Shown here: positions 30,809-39,428 of the stretch, piece after piece
Layout of the letters: every line of letters starts with the position of its first letter
How positions within the stretch are numbered: the stretch's first letter is position 1
Source of the DNA: Rikenellaceae bacterium
Lineage (GTDB): Bacteria; Bacteroidota; Bacteroidia; Bacteroidales; Rikenellaceae
Direction of reading: 5' to 3'
NCBI GenBank assembly: GCA_044433805.1
Contig: JAWXTD010000004.1
Location: forward strand, 418 to 64,417
Length of the DNA: 64,000 nt
Made by a program: the position numbers and the translations under genes
The notes under the pieces: generated by a model
What the model saw: the letters and a program-made list of their open reading frames with translations, nothing else
Databases searched by the model: none
What the model was told of the DNA's origin: nothing

Positions 30809-31582
30809 TTAAAGGAGTATATACATAAGTGACAACAACACCGAAAGTATCGATGCATATGTCGAAATTGTTCTATTGTTATTGATCTCGCTCTGACCAA
30901 CACGAGCTTTATTTGGCTCAACATAGACAACATCGTTCTGTTGCAGGTAGTAGTATGGTGAGGTAAGGATATCAGTTCCACGCAAATCAACCTCGCTTAT
31001 TGTTCGCTCGCCATTCTGCTCGCGGATAACTTTTACATTGCCACGCTGTCCGTAAATGGTCATATCGCCAGCCAAACTCAATGCGTCGAAGATTGTAATG
31101 CGATCGCTCGATAGTTGGAAATTACCGGGACGTGTCACCTCGCCAATCACCGAAATTTGATAATTCTGGAATTGAATAGTGACAACCGGATCATTGACCA
31201 AACCATTGTCAATCAACTGATTTTTAATATACTTGGTGAGCTCCGAGCGAGTCATTCCCTCGACATGCATGATACCCAACTGCGGAAAATCGATATTACC
31301 CTCCGCATCGACCAAATAGGCAAGAACAGTATTTTGTCCTGTAACCTTAGTGCCTGTTTGATAACTAATCATTGGCAAGTTAAACATCTGCGCCAGCTCC
31401 GCATCGCGACTATTTACCATAATTGCAATAAGGTCGTCGGGTTTAATTCGCACCTCGTATTGGTTATTGATAGGTTGGCTATAACCAGGATCAACACCTT
31501 GCAAGTATAGTATATCTTTTTGGGAAGCACAGCTTGAAACTAGTAAAAGCATGGCGGCAAGAAACCACAATTTGATCTTCAT
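30809..31582 (-). CDS. wza: Wza-type polysaccharide export lipoprotein
   Basis: Lipobox VSSC, IKPDDLI, YLVDAEGNIDFPQLG, VIGEVTRPG, ALSLAGDMT, LQQNDVVYVEPN. Confidence 0.92.
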   Translation of the reverse strand: MKIKLWFLAAMLLLVSSCASQKDILYLQGVDPGYSQPINNQYEVRIKPDDLIAIMVNSRDAELAQMFNLPMISYQTGTKVTGQNTVLAYLVDAEGNIDFPQLGIMHVEGMTRSELTKYIKNQLIDNGLVNDPVVTIQFQNYQISVIGEVTRPGNFQLSSDRITIFDALSLAGDMTIYGQRGNVKVIREQNGERTISEVDLRGTDILTSPYYYLQQNDVVYVEPNKARVGQSEINNNRTISTYASILSVLLSLMYILL

Positions 31583-31643
31583 AATCTTAAAGTAAAATAT
31601 TTTTTGACCTCCTACGAGGCTTTAAAACTAAACATATAGTCTG

Positions 31644-31674
31644 CAAATGTAGTCAAATTATATCTAATTACAAA
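31644..31674 (-). promoter_or_regulatory. Promoter of wza-wzc-cpsB
   Basis: Minus strand TTTG-N19-TACATTTG, an exact Bacteroidota -33/-7 consensus. Confidence 0.7.
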
Positions 31675-31731
31675 ATGAAAATTGATAATTATAGTGCATT
31701 ATTAATTATATAAAACATTCCGCAAACAGCG

Positions 31732-31763
31732 CTTGTTATCTATCCTAAAAATAACTATCTTTG
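31732..31763 (+). promoter_or_regulatory. Promoter of pepC-PqqD cassette
   Basis: CTTG-N20-TATCTTTG, 26 nt upstream of ATG 31790. Confidence 0.65.
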
Positions 31764-31789
31764 TGAGCAGAAACCAAATTCAAAACAAT

Positions 31790-33178
31790 ATGAAACTTCA
31801 ACTATCCATCATTGCGCTATCGCTCACGCTAGCATCAGCAAGTGCCCAAAATGGCATTATCGATAAAAATGAGCTCGAGCAGATTAGATCGTCGTACAAC
31901 CAAGACGTCTCGACAAAAGCGATCCGCAATGCTATTCAATCCAATTCAAACCTTAAGACTCTATCGCTTGATTGCGACGTAGAGAATAGCTTCAACCACA
32001 CATTTAAGTACGAGGCGAAGCTAAATAAAACAATAACCGATCAACATAGCTCGGGTCGTTGTTGGATGTTTACATCGATGAATGTCCTGCGCCCACAACT
32101 CGCTGAGCACTTTAACCTTAACAGCTTTAACTTCTCTCAAAACTTCAACTACTTCTGGGACATATTCGAGAAGTCGAACCTCTTTTTGGAGAATATCATT
32201 GACTCCAAAGATCAGCCAATTGACGATCGCCAAGTTGTTGTCTACTTCAGCTCTCCGATCGACGACGGTGGAGTATGGAATCACTTCTACAACATCTCGA
32301 AAAAATATGGTGTAGTGCCTGCCGAGGTTATGCCCGAAACGGTTCACTCCAACGCCACCTCATCGATGATGTCCATAATCAAGGAGCGTCTAAGAAAGGG
32401 AGGTATGGATATCCGCAACGCCAACGACAACAAAGCAAAAGCAGCTGAAATAGAGGATATTAAAATCGCTACGCTCAAGGATATATATCGCACCTTAGCG
32501 CTCTGCCTAGGAGAACCACCCGTCGTGTTTGACTGGCACTACACCGACAAAGATGGCAACGCACAGGTGATTAAGGATTACACTCCCGAGCAATTTTTCA
32601 CCGACATTGTCCCCGAGAACTACACTCCCCAGAGCTATATCATGACAATGAACGACCCAACACGTCCATATTATAAGGTATACGACATCGAGAATTATCG
32701 CAATACTCAGGAGGGCGCCAACTGGGTCTTCCTAAACCTTCCAGCAGAGGATCTCAAAGCGGCAGCTCTAAAATCGATCAAGGCGGGAGAGTCGATGTAT
32801 ATCTCGTGCGACGTTGGCAAACAACTCAACAGCAAAGCGGGTAAGATGGCAATGGGCATGTACGATGTCGAGTCACTTTTAGGAATCGACCTATCGATGG
32901 ATAAACGCTCACGCATTCTTTCGCGCCAAAGCGGATCGTCGCACGCAATGACACTTATGGCTTGCGATACCGACGAGGATGACAAACCAACAAAATGGCG
33001 AGTAGAGAATAGCTGGGGCGATAGTTCAGGCGATAAAGGCTACTTGACCTTCACCGACGAGTGGTTCGACAACTACATATTTAGAGTTGTTGTAAAGAGC
33101 GAATACCTCGACCAGAAAGCAAAAAAGGCACTCTCACAAGAGGTGGTCAAACTTCCAATCTGGGACTATATGTTCTAG
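31790..33178 (+). CDS. pepC: Exported C1B cysteine aminopeptidase (PepC/bleomycin hydrolase family)
   Basis: Signal peptide MKLQLSIIALSLTLASASA, DQHSSGRCWMF (Gln/Cys), SHAMTL (His), VENSWG (Asn). Confidence 0.9.
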   Translation: MKLQLSIIALSLTLASASAQNGIIDKNELEQIRSSYNQDVSTKAIRNAIQSNSNLKTLSLDCDVENSFNHTFKYEAKLNKTITDQHSSGRCWMFTSMNVLRPQLAEHFNLNSFNFSQNFNYFWDIFEKSNLFLENIIDSKDQPIDDRQVVVYFSSPIDDGGVWNHFYNISKKYGVVPAEVMPETVHSNATSSMMSIIKERLRKGGMDIRNANDNKAKAAEIEDIKIATLKDIYRTLALCLGEPPVVFDWHYTDKDGNAQVIKDYTPEQFFTDIVPENYTPQSYIMTMNDPTRPYYKVYDIENYRNTQEGANWVFLNLPAEDLKAAALKSIKAGESMYISCDVGKQLNSKAGKMAMGMYDVESLLGIDLSMDKRSRILSRQSGSSHAMTLMACDTDEDDKPTKWRVENSWGDSSGDKGYLTFTDEWFDNYIFRVVVKSEYLDQKAKKALSQEVVKLPIWDYMF

Positions 33179-33207
33179 GAATATTAAACATTAGACAAAT
33201 CAAAACA

Positions 33208-33477
33208 ATGAGAATCATTAAAGGTTTTAAAATGCGCTCGGTTGCAGGCGAAATGGTAGTGAGCGGTGAGGGCATTAACCAGATAAATTTCAACAAGTTA
33301 ATCGCTCTCAACTCAACTGCAGCACTACTTTGGCAGAGCGTTGAAGAGAAGGAGTTCGACGCAGAGATGATGGCCGAAATTCTTGTCGCAGAGTACGAAA
33401 TAGATAAATCACAAGCCCTAACCGACGCACAGGCGCTACTCGATAGCTGGGTAGAGTGTGGCATCGTCGAGGAATAA
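33208..33477 (+). CDS. PqqD-family protein / RiPP recognition element (RRE)
   Basis: 89 aa; GF.MRSVAGE.VV...LNSTAALLW...L..EYEID...A..D...L......GIV pattern (3 strands + 3 helices). Confidence 0.88.
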   Translation: MRIIKGFKMRSVAGEMVVSGEGINQINFNKLIALNSTAALLWQSVEEKEFDAEMMAEILVAEYEIDKSQALTDAQALLDSWVECGIVEE

Positions 33478-33485
33478 ATTGAGCT

Positions 33486-34625
33486 ATGGAGAGGGTTCGC
33501 AAGCAGTTACTCGAGCTAATAAGGTGTTGTTTATGGGATACTACCCCATCTGCATCGCTGTTCGAAGGTCAAATCGATTGGAAAAAGTTACTCAACACAG
33601 CCCAACAACAGGCGGTGTTGGGGATGGCTTATACGCAGATCGAGAAGCTCAACGAAAAGCCTGCACAAAATAGCATGATGCGCCTATACACGCTCACCAC
33701 CCTCAATCGCAAGATGCAACTCAAACAGCTCCAGGTGCTCGACACAATCACCAAGCGTCTTGAGGTGTGCGGAATTACGCGACCCGTATTATTAAAAGGT
33801 ATCGGCATTTCGCAAAGCTATATCGACCCGGGAGTTCGTCAATGTGGCGACATCGACCTTTATGTTGGTTGTGAGCACTTCGAGGAGGCTATCGAGCAGA
33901 TCAAAACATGGGGCGAGAGCAAAATTGAGTACAATGCACTATCGCGCAAAGATTACCACTTCGAATTTGATGGCATCACAATCGAGCTGCATAGAATTGC
34001 AATCACATGCAAGAATATCACTAAAAACAGATCGGAATTCGAAAAGTGGTGCTCCGAGCAGCTCGAGGGAGATGATGTGCGATGTGAGGAGATTGAGGGA
34101 ATAAAGGTCTATCTTCCACCTCACAACTTCGATGCAATATACATTTTCCACCACGCTTGGGATCACTTCTGCACAAGTGGAATAGCCTTTAGACAGATAT
34201 GCGACTGGAGCCGATTTATGGCCACACAACACGATAAGCTAAACGATCAAAAAATAGCCGAGCGTTTGGACTATTTTGGCTTAACATCACCATGGGGATT
34301 TTTCACCGCATTGGCTATTAGCCACTTAGGGCTAGACACCTCGAAGACAATAGCCTATAACCCGGCAAAAAATTGGCACACCGACAAAGTTGCAAAGAGA
34401 GTCTGGGAGGGTGGCAACTTCGGATTCTATAGCGGTAAATATGCAGGAACAAATAAGAACATCTTCGCTCGTGAATTTATTAATTTCATCGCGATTTTCC
34501 GCAGTGCTTCGTTCCTGCACTCTATCGATAGGAGATATGCTCGCAAGTACTTTGGCTGTGCGATACTACACCTAATCACTACAAAATCGAGACGAATATA
34601 TTACACCATTACCAGAAAAAAATAA
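33486..34625 (+). CDS. Uncharacterised nucleotidyltransferase (NTP_transf_5 family)
   Basis: LLKG..I...Y..P..RQCGDIDL, IELH, HAWDHF...G..FRQICDW, GGNFG. Confidence 0.88.
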   Translation: MERVRKQLLELIRCCLWDTTPSASLFEGQIDWKKLLNTAQQQAVLGMAYTQIEKLNEKPAQNSMMRLYTLTTLNRKMQLKQLQVLDTITKRLEVCGITRPVLLKGIGISQSYIDPGVRQCGDIDLYVGCEHFEEAIEQIKTWGESKIEYNALSRKDYHFEFDGITIELHRIAITCKNITKNRSEFEKWCSEQLEGDDVRCEEIEGIKVYLPPHNFDAIYIFHHAWDHFCTSGIAFRQICDWSRFMATQHDKLNDQKIAERLDYFGLTSPWGFFTALAISHLGLDTSKTIAYNPAKNWHTDKVAKRVWEGGNFGFYSGKYAGTNKNIFAREFINFIAIFRSASFLHSIDRRYARKYFGCAILHLITTKSRRIYYTITRKK

Positions 34626-34628
34626 TCG

Positions 34629-36269
34629 ATGAGACTATCGGAGAATATAAGATGGATTTACAACACCAGCCGAGGCGTTAGAGCAGGAATTTCGCTCTTC
34701 ATTGTCTTGGGCTTTGCCTCTGTATTCTCCTCACTGCTATTTATTTGGCTAACAAAATCACTCATCGATATGGCAACGCATGGTGCCGAGGTATCGTCCA
34801 TACGCCTCTACATCATATTTCTTGCCGCAGCAATTATCTTTCAGCAAGTGATCGTTGTGGTGCGTGGCCGCATTAGCAATCGCACATCGACAAAACTAAT
34901 GAATCGCCTGCGCCTAGAGCTCTTCGAGACGGTAATGCGTAGCCAGTGGAGCGGCAAGGAGCTTCGCCACACGGGCGATATAGTCAATAGAATCGAGAGC
35001 GACAGCCGCACAGTTAGCGAGGCGCTCTGCATAACAATCCCCTCGATCTTCATTACCCTTGTGCAATTTTTGGCTTCATTCAGATTTCTTCACATCCTCG
35101 ATGCTAGATTATCGTGGGTCATTGTTGCGATAATGCCTATTGCTCTAATTGTGAGCAAGCGATATCTATTTACGATGCGAAAATTGACACAAGCAATACG
35201 CTCTACCGACAGTGCTGTGCAGTCGCATATCCAAGAGCAGATTCAAAATCGCACAGTCATCAACACCGTTGGCGACGTAGGCGGGTCGGTCCAAACCCTT
35301 CAAGGATGGAGCAATACGCTCCTTGAGCAGACCATGCGAAGGGTTAACTACACGCTCTTTTCGCGCACCACAGTGCAACTAGGATTCGGTGTTGGATACA
35401 TCGTAGCACTTTCGTGGGGCATCTTTGGACTTCAAAGTGGTGCCGTTAGCTTTGGTGTGCTCACTGCATTTCTTCAACTTGTAGCACAGATTCAACGCCC
35501 ATCGGTAGAGCTCGCAACCCAGATCTCGCAAACAGCACAATGCACAGCCTCGATAGATCGATTGGAGGATATCTTCGAGATGAAGGCCGAAGAGAATAGC
35601 AGCCAGCAGAGGGTACTCAGCGGGGAGCTAGGCATCGAGGCTAAAGATCTCGACTTTGAATATGCCGATGGTGCTGGTCGCAAAATTTTATCGGCCTTCA
35701 ACTACAACTTCTCACCCAACCGCCTACATGTAATCATTGGCCATACGGGGGTGGGAAAAAGCACGCTGGTTCGCTTGATGCTTGGGCTGCTAAAACCCAA
35801 CCGGGGATCGATAAACATATATAACAACAGCGCAGAGAGCGTTGAGTGTTCTGCCGCAACGCGTCAAAATTTTGTCTACGTGCCTCAAGGCAACACGCTA
35901 ATGAGCGGCACAATACGCCAAAACCTACTCCTAGCAAAACCATCGGCAACAGAAGAGGAGTTGCGAGAGGCTCTACACACTGCCGCTGCCGACTTTGCAT
36001 GGGAACTCCCCCAAAGACTCGAGACGATATGCACCGAGCGAGGTGCAGGGCTCAGCGAAGGCGAAGCGCAGCGAATAGCAATAGCTAGAGGATTGCTCCA
36101 AGATGGAGGCGTGATATTGCTCGACGAGCCAACTTCGGCACTCGACAGCAACACCGAAGAGCTGCTAATGAGCCGTCTGACCAAATATGCTCAAAATAGG
36201 ACTTTAATAGTGGTTACACATCGATTAGCATCGGCACAACATTGTGCTTCGGTCATTAAGATGGGTTAA
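34629..36269 (+). CDS. ABC exporter, fused permease/ATPase (no C39 peptidase domain)
   Basis: Multi-TM N-half with HTGDIVNR, Walker A GHTGVGKS, YVPQGNTL, LSEGEAQRIAIARGLL, LLDEPTSALD. Confidence 0.93.
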   Translation: MRLSENIRWIYNTSRGVRAGISLFIVLGFASVFSSLLFIWLTKSLIDMATHGAEVSSIRLYIIFLAAAIIFQQVIVVVRGRISNRTSTKLMNRLRLELFETVMRSQWSGKELRHTGDIVNRIESDSRTVSEALCITIPSIFITLVQFLASFRFLHILDARLSWVIVAIMPIALIVSKRYLFTMRKLTQAIRSTDSAVQSHIQEQIQNRTVINTVGDVGGSVQTLQGWSNTLLEQTMRRVNYTLFSRTTVQLGFGVGYIVALSWGIFGLQSGAVSFGVLTAFLQLVAQIQRPSVELATQISQTAQCTASIDRLEDIFEMKAEENSSQQRVLSGELGIEAKDLDFEYADGAGRKILSAFNYNFSPNRLHVIIGHTGVGKSTLVRLMLGLLKPNRGSINIYNNSAESVECSAATRQNFVYVPQGNTLMSGTIRQNLLLAKPSATEEELREALHTAAADFAWELPQRLETICTERGAGLSEGEAQRIAIARGLLQDGGVILLDEPTSALDSNTEELLMSRLTKYAQNRTLIVVTHRLASAQHCASVIKMG

Positions 36270-36280
36270 ATTGAATTGAT

Positions 36281-37174
36281 ATGAAACAGAGAAAATGTTA
36301 TAGAGTTGCAGATCACACCTTTGCACTAACAATAGATATTGAGCTCCTCGAGGCTCTGCAGTTAAAGGCATTCGCTCCATTCGAAATAGAGCAGAACACT
36401 TCTACCCTCTTCGAGATCGAGGTGGTTGACAATATCGCAGATCAAATTGTCGAGCCCGTTATTGTCGATGCACCACTATCATCGTCGGGCATGCCAAAGG
36501 TTGATATCTATCGACTCGCAGAGGGCTATTTATACAACATAACCATGCCTCGATGCCGGGAGATTAATGCCTCGCTAGCCATAAATCAGAAGAGCCGAAG
36601 AGCCGAAATTAAACTCGACGGAAGTGCAATAAATATGCTATCGGGATTAAACAATGCGCTTATTCTCAGCTACATCACATTTACAATGGAGCACAAAACA
36701 CTGCTTCTTCACGCCTCTACCGTAATGCTCGAAGGCAAAGCATATCTATTTTTAGGCAAGAGTGGCACAGGAAAAAGCACACATTCGCGCATGTGGCTAG
36801 AGTCGTTCCCTCAGGCGGAACTTCTCAACGACGACCACCCAATAGTTAGAGCCTTCGACGATGGCTCGATCATAGTTTACGGTTCGCCATGGAGCGGAAA
36901 AACTCCCTGCTACCGCAACCTATCCTCACCAATGGGGGGCATCGTGCGCATAGAGAGAGCACTTACCAACCAGGCTGAACGCTTGCGCCCACTCAAAGCC
37001 TATGCATCGATAACCACAAGTTGCTCGGGTGCCCAATGGAGCAAAAGCCTAATGGAGAGCAAGGTGAAAACCGTAGAGGCAATAGCCAGTGGCTCACCCT
37101 GTTATGTCATGCGCTGCTTACCAAACCATGATGCAGCACACGTGTGTTATAACTTTATCAAAAACGATGAGTAG
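36281..37174 (+). CDS. HPr-kinase-like P-loop kinase (related to lasso-peptide kinases)
   Basis: LLHAS (His), LGKSGTGKST (Walker A), LLNDD (Asp-Asp), YGSPWSGK. Confidence 0.82.
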   Translation: MKQRKCYRVADHTFALTIDIELLEALQLKAFAPFEIEQNTSTLFEIEVVDNIADQIVEPVIVDAPLSSSGMPKVDIYRLAEGYLYNITMPRCREINASLAINQKSRRAEIKLDGSAINMLSGLNNALILSYITFTMEHKTLLLHASTVMLEGKAYLFLGKSGTGKSTHSRMWLESFPQAELLNDDHPIVRAFDDGSIIVYGSPWSGKTPCYRNLSSPMGGIVRIERALTNQAERLRPLKAYASITTSCSGAQWSKSLMESKVKTVEAIASGSPCYVMRCLPNHDAAHVCYNFIKNDE

Positions 37175-37635
37175 TGGCACGTCGAGTTATAGCAAATAAT
37201 CTTCTTTTGGACCAAGCCTCGCAGCTGGTGGCCAGCGGAAAAGAGGTACAGATTCCCACCAAAGGGAGCAGCATGTTTCCATTTATCGTTGGTGGAAAAG
37301 ATACGCTTGTACTCATCGAGCCAAGCAACCTTGCAATTGGAGACATTGTTTTGGCCAAGATCAACGACACCAGCTACGTCGTGCATCGCATAATTGAGAT
37401 CAACGCAGAGCAAATCACACTGATGGGCGATGGCAATATCGTGGGTCGCGAAACCTGCTCAACATCTCAAGTCACAGCAAAGGTGAAGAGCATAATGCGC
37501 AACGGCAAAGAGATTAATTGCGCATCCCCACGTCAAAAAAAACGTGCAAAGTTGTGGCGCACACTACTTCCAATACGTAGGTATATATTAGGAATATGGC
37601 GCAGAACACCCTTTTGGCCGTTCCGCACCATATAA
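37174..37635 (+). CDS. S24/S26 family peptidase
   Basis: GSSMFPFI (Ser), GDIVLA, VVHRII, LMGDGN; GTG start overlaps the kinase stop. Confidence 0.85.
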   Translation: MARRVIANNLLLDQASQLVASGKEVQIPTKGSSMFPFIVGGKDTLVLIEPSNLAIGDIVLAKINDTSYVVHRIIEINAEQITLMGDGNIVGRETCSTSQVTAKVKSIMRNGKEINCASPRQKKRAKLWRTLLPIRRYILGIWRRTPFWPFRTI

Positions 37636-37647
37636 ATATTCCTTTCC

Positions 37648-39417
37648 TTATAGCTCTAAGATTGTATTACCATCGTAATCCAACACTTTGAGCGAAAGCA
37701 CGCCACCGCTCTTCAATAGGATCATCACCGTAGCATCATCCTTTTTATAGCCACCACCTATAACAACAGGATATGTATTCCCCGCTGGGCTACCCGCTGG
37801 TAAATAGTTGAATTTATGGGTGTGGGCATTTATCGAGAAGTCGAAATCTACACCATCCAAAACTGGCAGCCACAGAGGCAAGCATGGCTGGTACTTGTTT
37901 ACCGTATTACCATGCATTGGAATATGGTGTATAAGGACTCGATTTTTAGCCTTCTTAAACTCCTTAGACTTGAACTCGCGCTCCATAAACTCCACTTGGT
38001 CAATTCTAAATTGCTCAAAATCATTAAGATCGTAATAGACCCAAAAGTCATCGGGCTTATCCTCGCCGGCATCCAAAAGAACCATGCGCGTATCGCCCCA
38101 ATTAAAAGCCGAATAGGTCTTATCGTCGACATAATCGAATAATCCACGCAACCCTATTGAGTAAGCATTACGGATTTCGTGGTTGCCACGAAGATAGAAA
38201 ACAGGCACCTGCGAGGCGTTGACGATATTGTTGAGTTCAGAAATCGAACGCACAGCCTGCGCCTCATTCAAAGGATCGTCAATACAATCACCATTGAAGA
38301 CCACAAAGTCGTAATCTAAATCTTTGACACTCTCGAAGAGAGCCTTCGCGGTATCGGTATGTTGATGGATATCGTTGAATATCAACGCTGTAAAGTCTGA
38401 CTGCGACTCATCCTGCATAGTGAAGCTATAAAATGGAGACTCGGCCGTATCGCCCCACAACTTCAAATAGCCACGATAAAGCATCATATCGCGCGAGCAT
38501 ACTCGATAGTAATATTTCTCGCCTGCCTTCAAATTCTCAAGACGGATCTTATGAATGAAATTATCGCAAATCACCTGGCCATCGACCAACGCACGCACGC
38601 GTGTAAGGTTTGTTGTATCTACGCCATACTCCACATAACTATATGTTGGGGTGTTAGTTAGCCACATTATGGTCATTCCATCGCCAACGGGATTTTGCAG
38701 ATAAGGCTTAGTTCTAAAGATACGCTCCTTTGGGAATTTGAGCCTTACATCAGCATATACACTCTTGTGCATCAAACCCTCGACGGCTGCAACAACTTTT
38801 GTATTGGGAACAGCATAACTCTGATTGTTAGCCGTATAACCAAGCAGATAATCATCGCAACGCTCGGGTGCAGCAGCGGGATAGGTCAACGACTTGGCAT
38901 TATTCAAAGTCTCGAAACCATCGCCAAGAGCCTCGAAAAGTTCGGGGCCAACCTCGGTTGCTGCCATAATAATTGGCTTTGTGGATTTCGACATATCGGC
39001 CTTTATATCGTAGATCGATACGCCATTCTCGAAGTCAACATTATACAAGATAAAATCTTTGAACTCAACAACTTGAGCATAGGCGTCGAGATCACGCACA
39101 GCAAGTGGCTTGCTCTTTGAGAGCACCCCAAGACCTGCGTGAGCAGATTCATACCAATGCATCAACGATCCATTGGCCACACGCTTGATTACCGACTCCG
39201 ACGAGCCAGAAGAGTCGGGAATTTGCTGCAAAGCGACAACATCAGAAGCTATCGATAAGATCGATTCTGAAACTTCTGAAACCTTATCAGCAGATAATTC
39301 AGAGATACTTGCAGCTAAATTATAGCTCATCACACGCACCTTTACCTGCGCATATACCCCCAACGATGAGCAAAAATTAACTGCAATCAAAAGGAGGATT
39401 ATTCTTAATTTTTTCAT
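37648..39417 (-). CDS. Exported metallophosphoesterase: degenerate EEP domain + FN3/purple-acid-phosphatase N domain + calcineurin-like domain
   Basis: VRVMSYNL (EEP start), KPYLQNP...SYVEYG (FN3-like), NDIH, FNGD, RGNHE, HHIP, AHTH. Confidence 0.82.
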   Translation of the reverse strand: MKKLRIILLLIAVNFCSSLGVYAQVKVRVMSYNLAASISELSADKVSEVSESILSIASDVVALQQIPDSSGSSESVIKRVANGSLMHWYESAHAGLGVLSKSKPLAVRDLDAYAQVVEFKDFILYNVDFENGVSIYDIKADMSKSTKPIIMAATEVGPELFEALGDGFETLNNAKSLTYPAAAPERCDDYLLGYTANNQSYAVPNTKVVAAVEGLMHKSVYADVRLKFPKERIFRTKPYLQNPVGDGMTIMWLTNTPTYSYVEYGVDTTNLTRVRALVDGQVICDNFIHKIRLENLKAGEKYYYRVCSRDMMLYRGYLKLWGDTAESPFYSFTMQDESQSDFTALIFNDIHQHTDTAKALFESVKDLDYDFVVFNGDCIDDPLNEAQAVRSISELNNIVNASQVPVFYLRGNHEIRNAYSIGLRGLFDYVDDKTYSAFNWGDTRMVLLDAGEDKPDDFWVYYDLNDFEQFRIDQVEFMEREFKSKEFKKAKNRVLIHHIPMHGNTVNKYQPCLPLWLPVLDGVDFDFSINAHTHKFNYLPAGSPAGNTYPVVIGGGYKKDDATVMILLKSGGVLSLKVLDYDGNTILEL

Positions 39418-39428
39418 ACGCTCAAATT

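Noticed and set aside
30787-30990. ORF-track N-terminal extensions (wzc; likewise secDF, folP, pepC and the beta-helix protein)
   Set aside because: They overlap neighbouring genes, promoters or hairpins; downstream ATGs give normal family N-termini or signal peptides.
31608-31619. Small CCTC-ctac-GAGG hairpin in the wza leader as an ops/UpxY-type antitermination element
   Set aside because: Only a 4-bp stem, no UpxY/NusG paralog in the window, and I cannot match it confidently to a known consensus.
31675-31713. Tiny ORF MKIDNYSALLII as RiPP precursor
   Set aside because: Only 12 aa, lies among promoter elements upstream of the pepC promoter, and has no leader/core structure.
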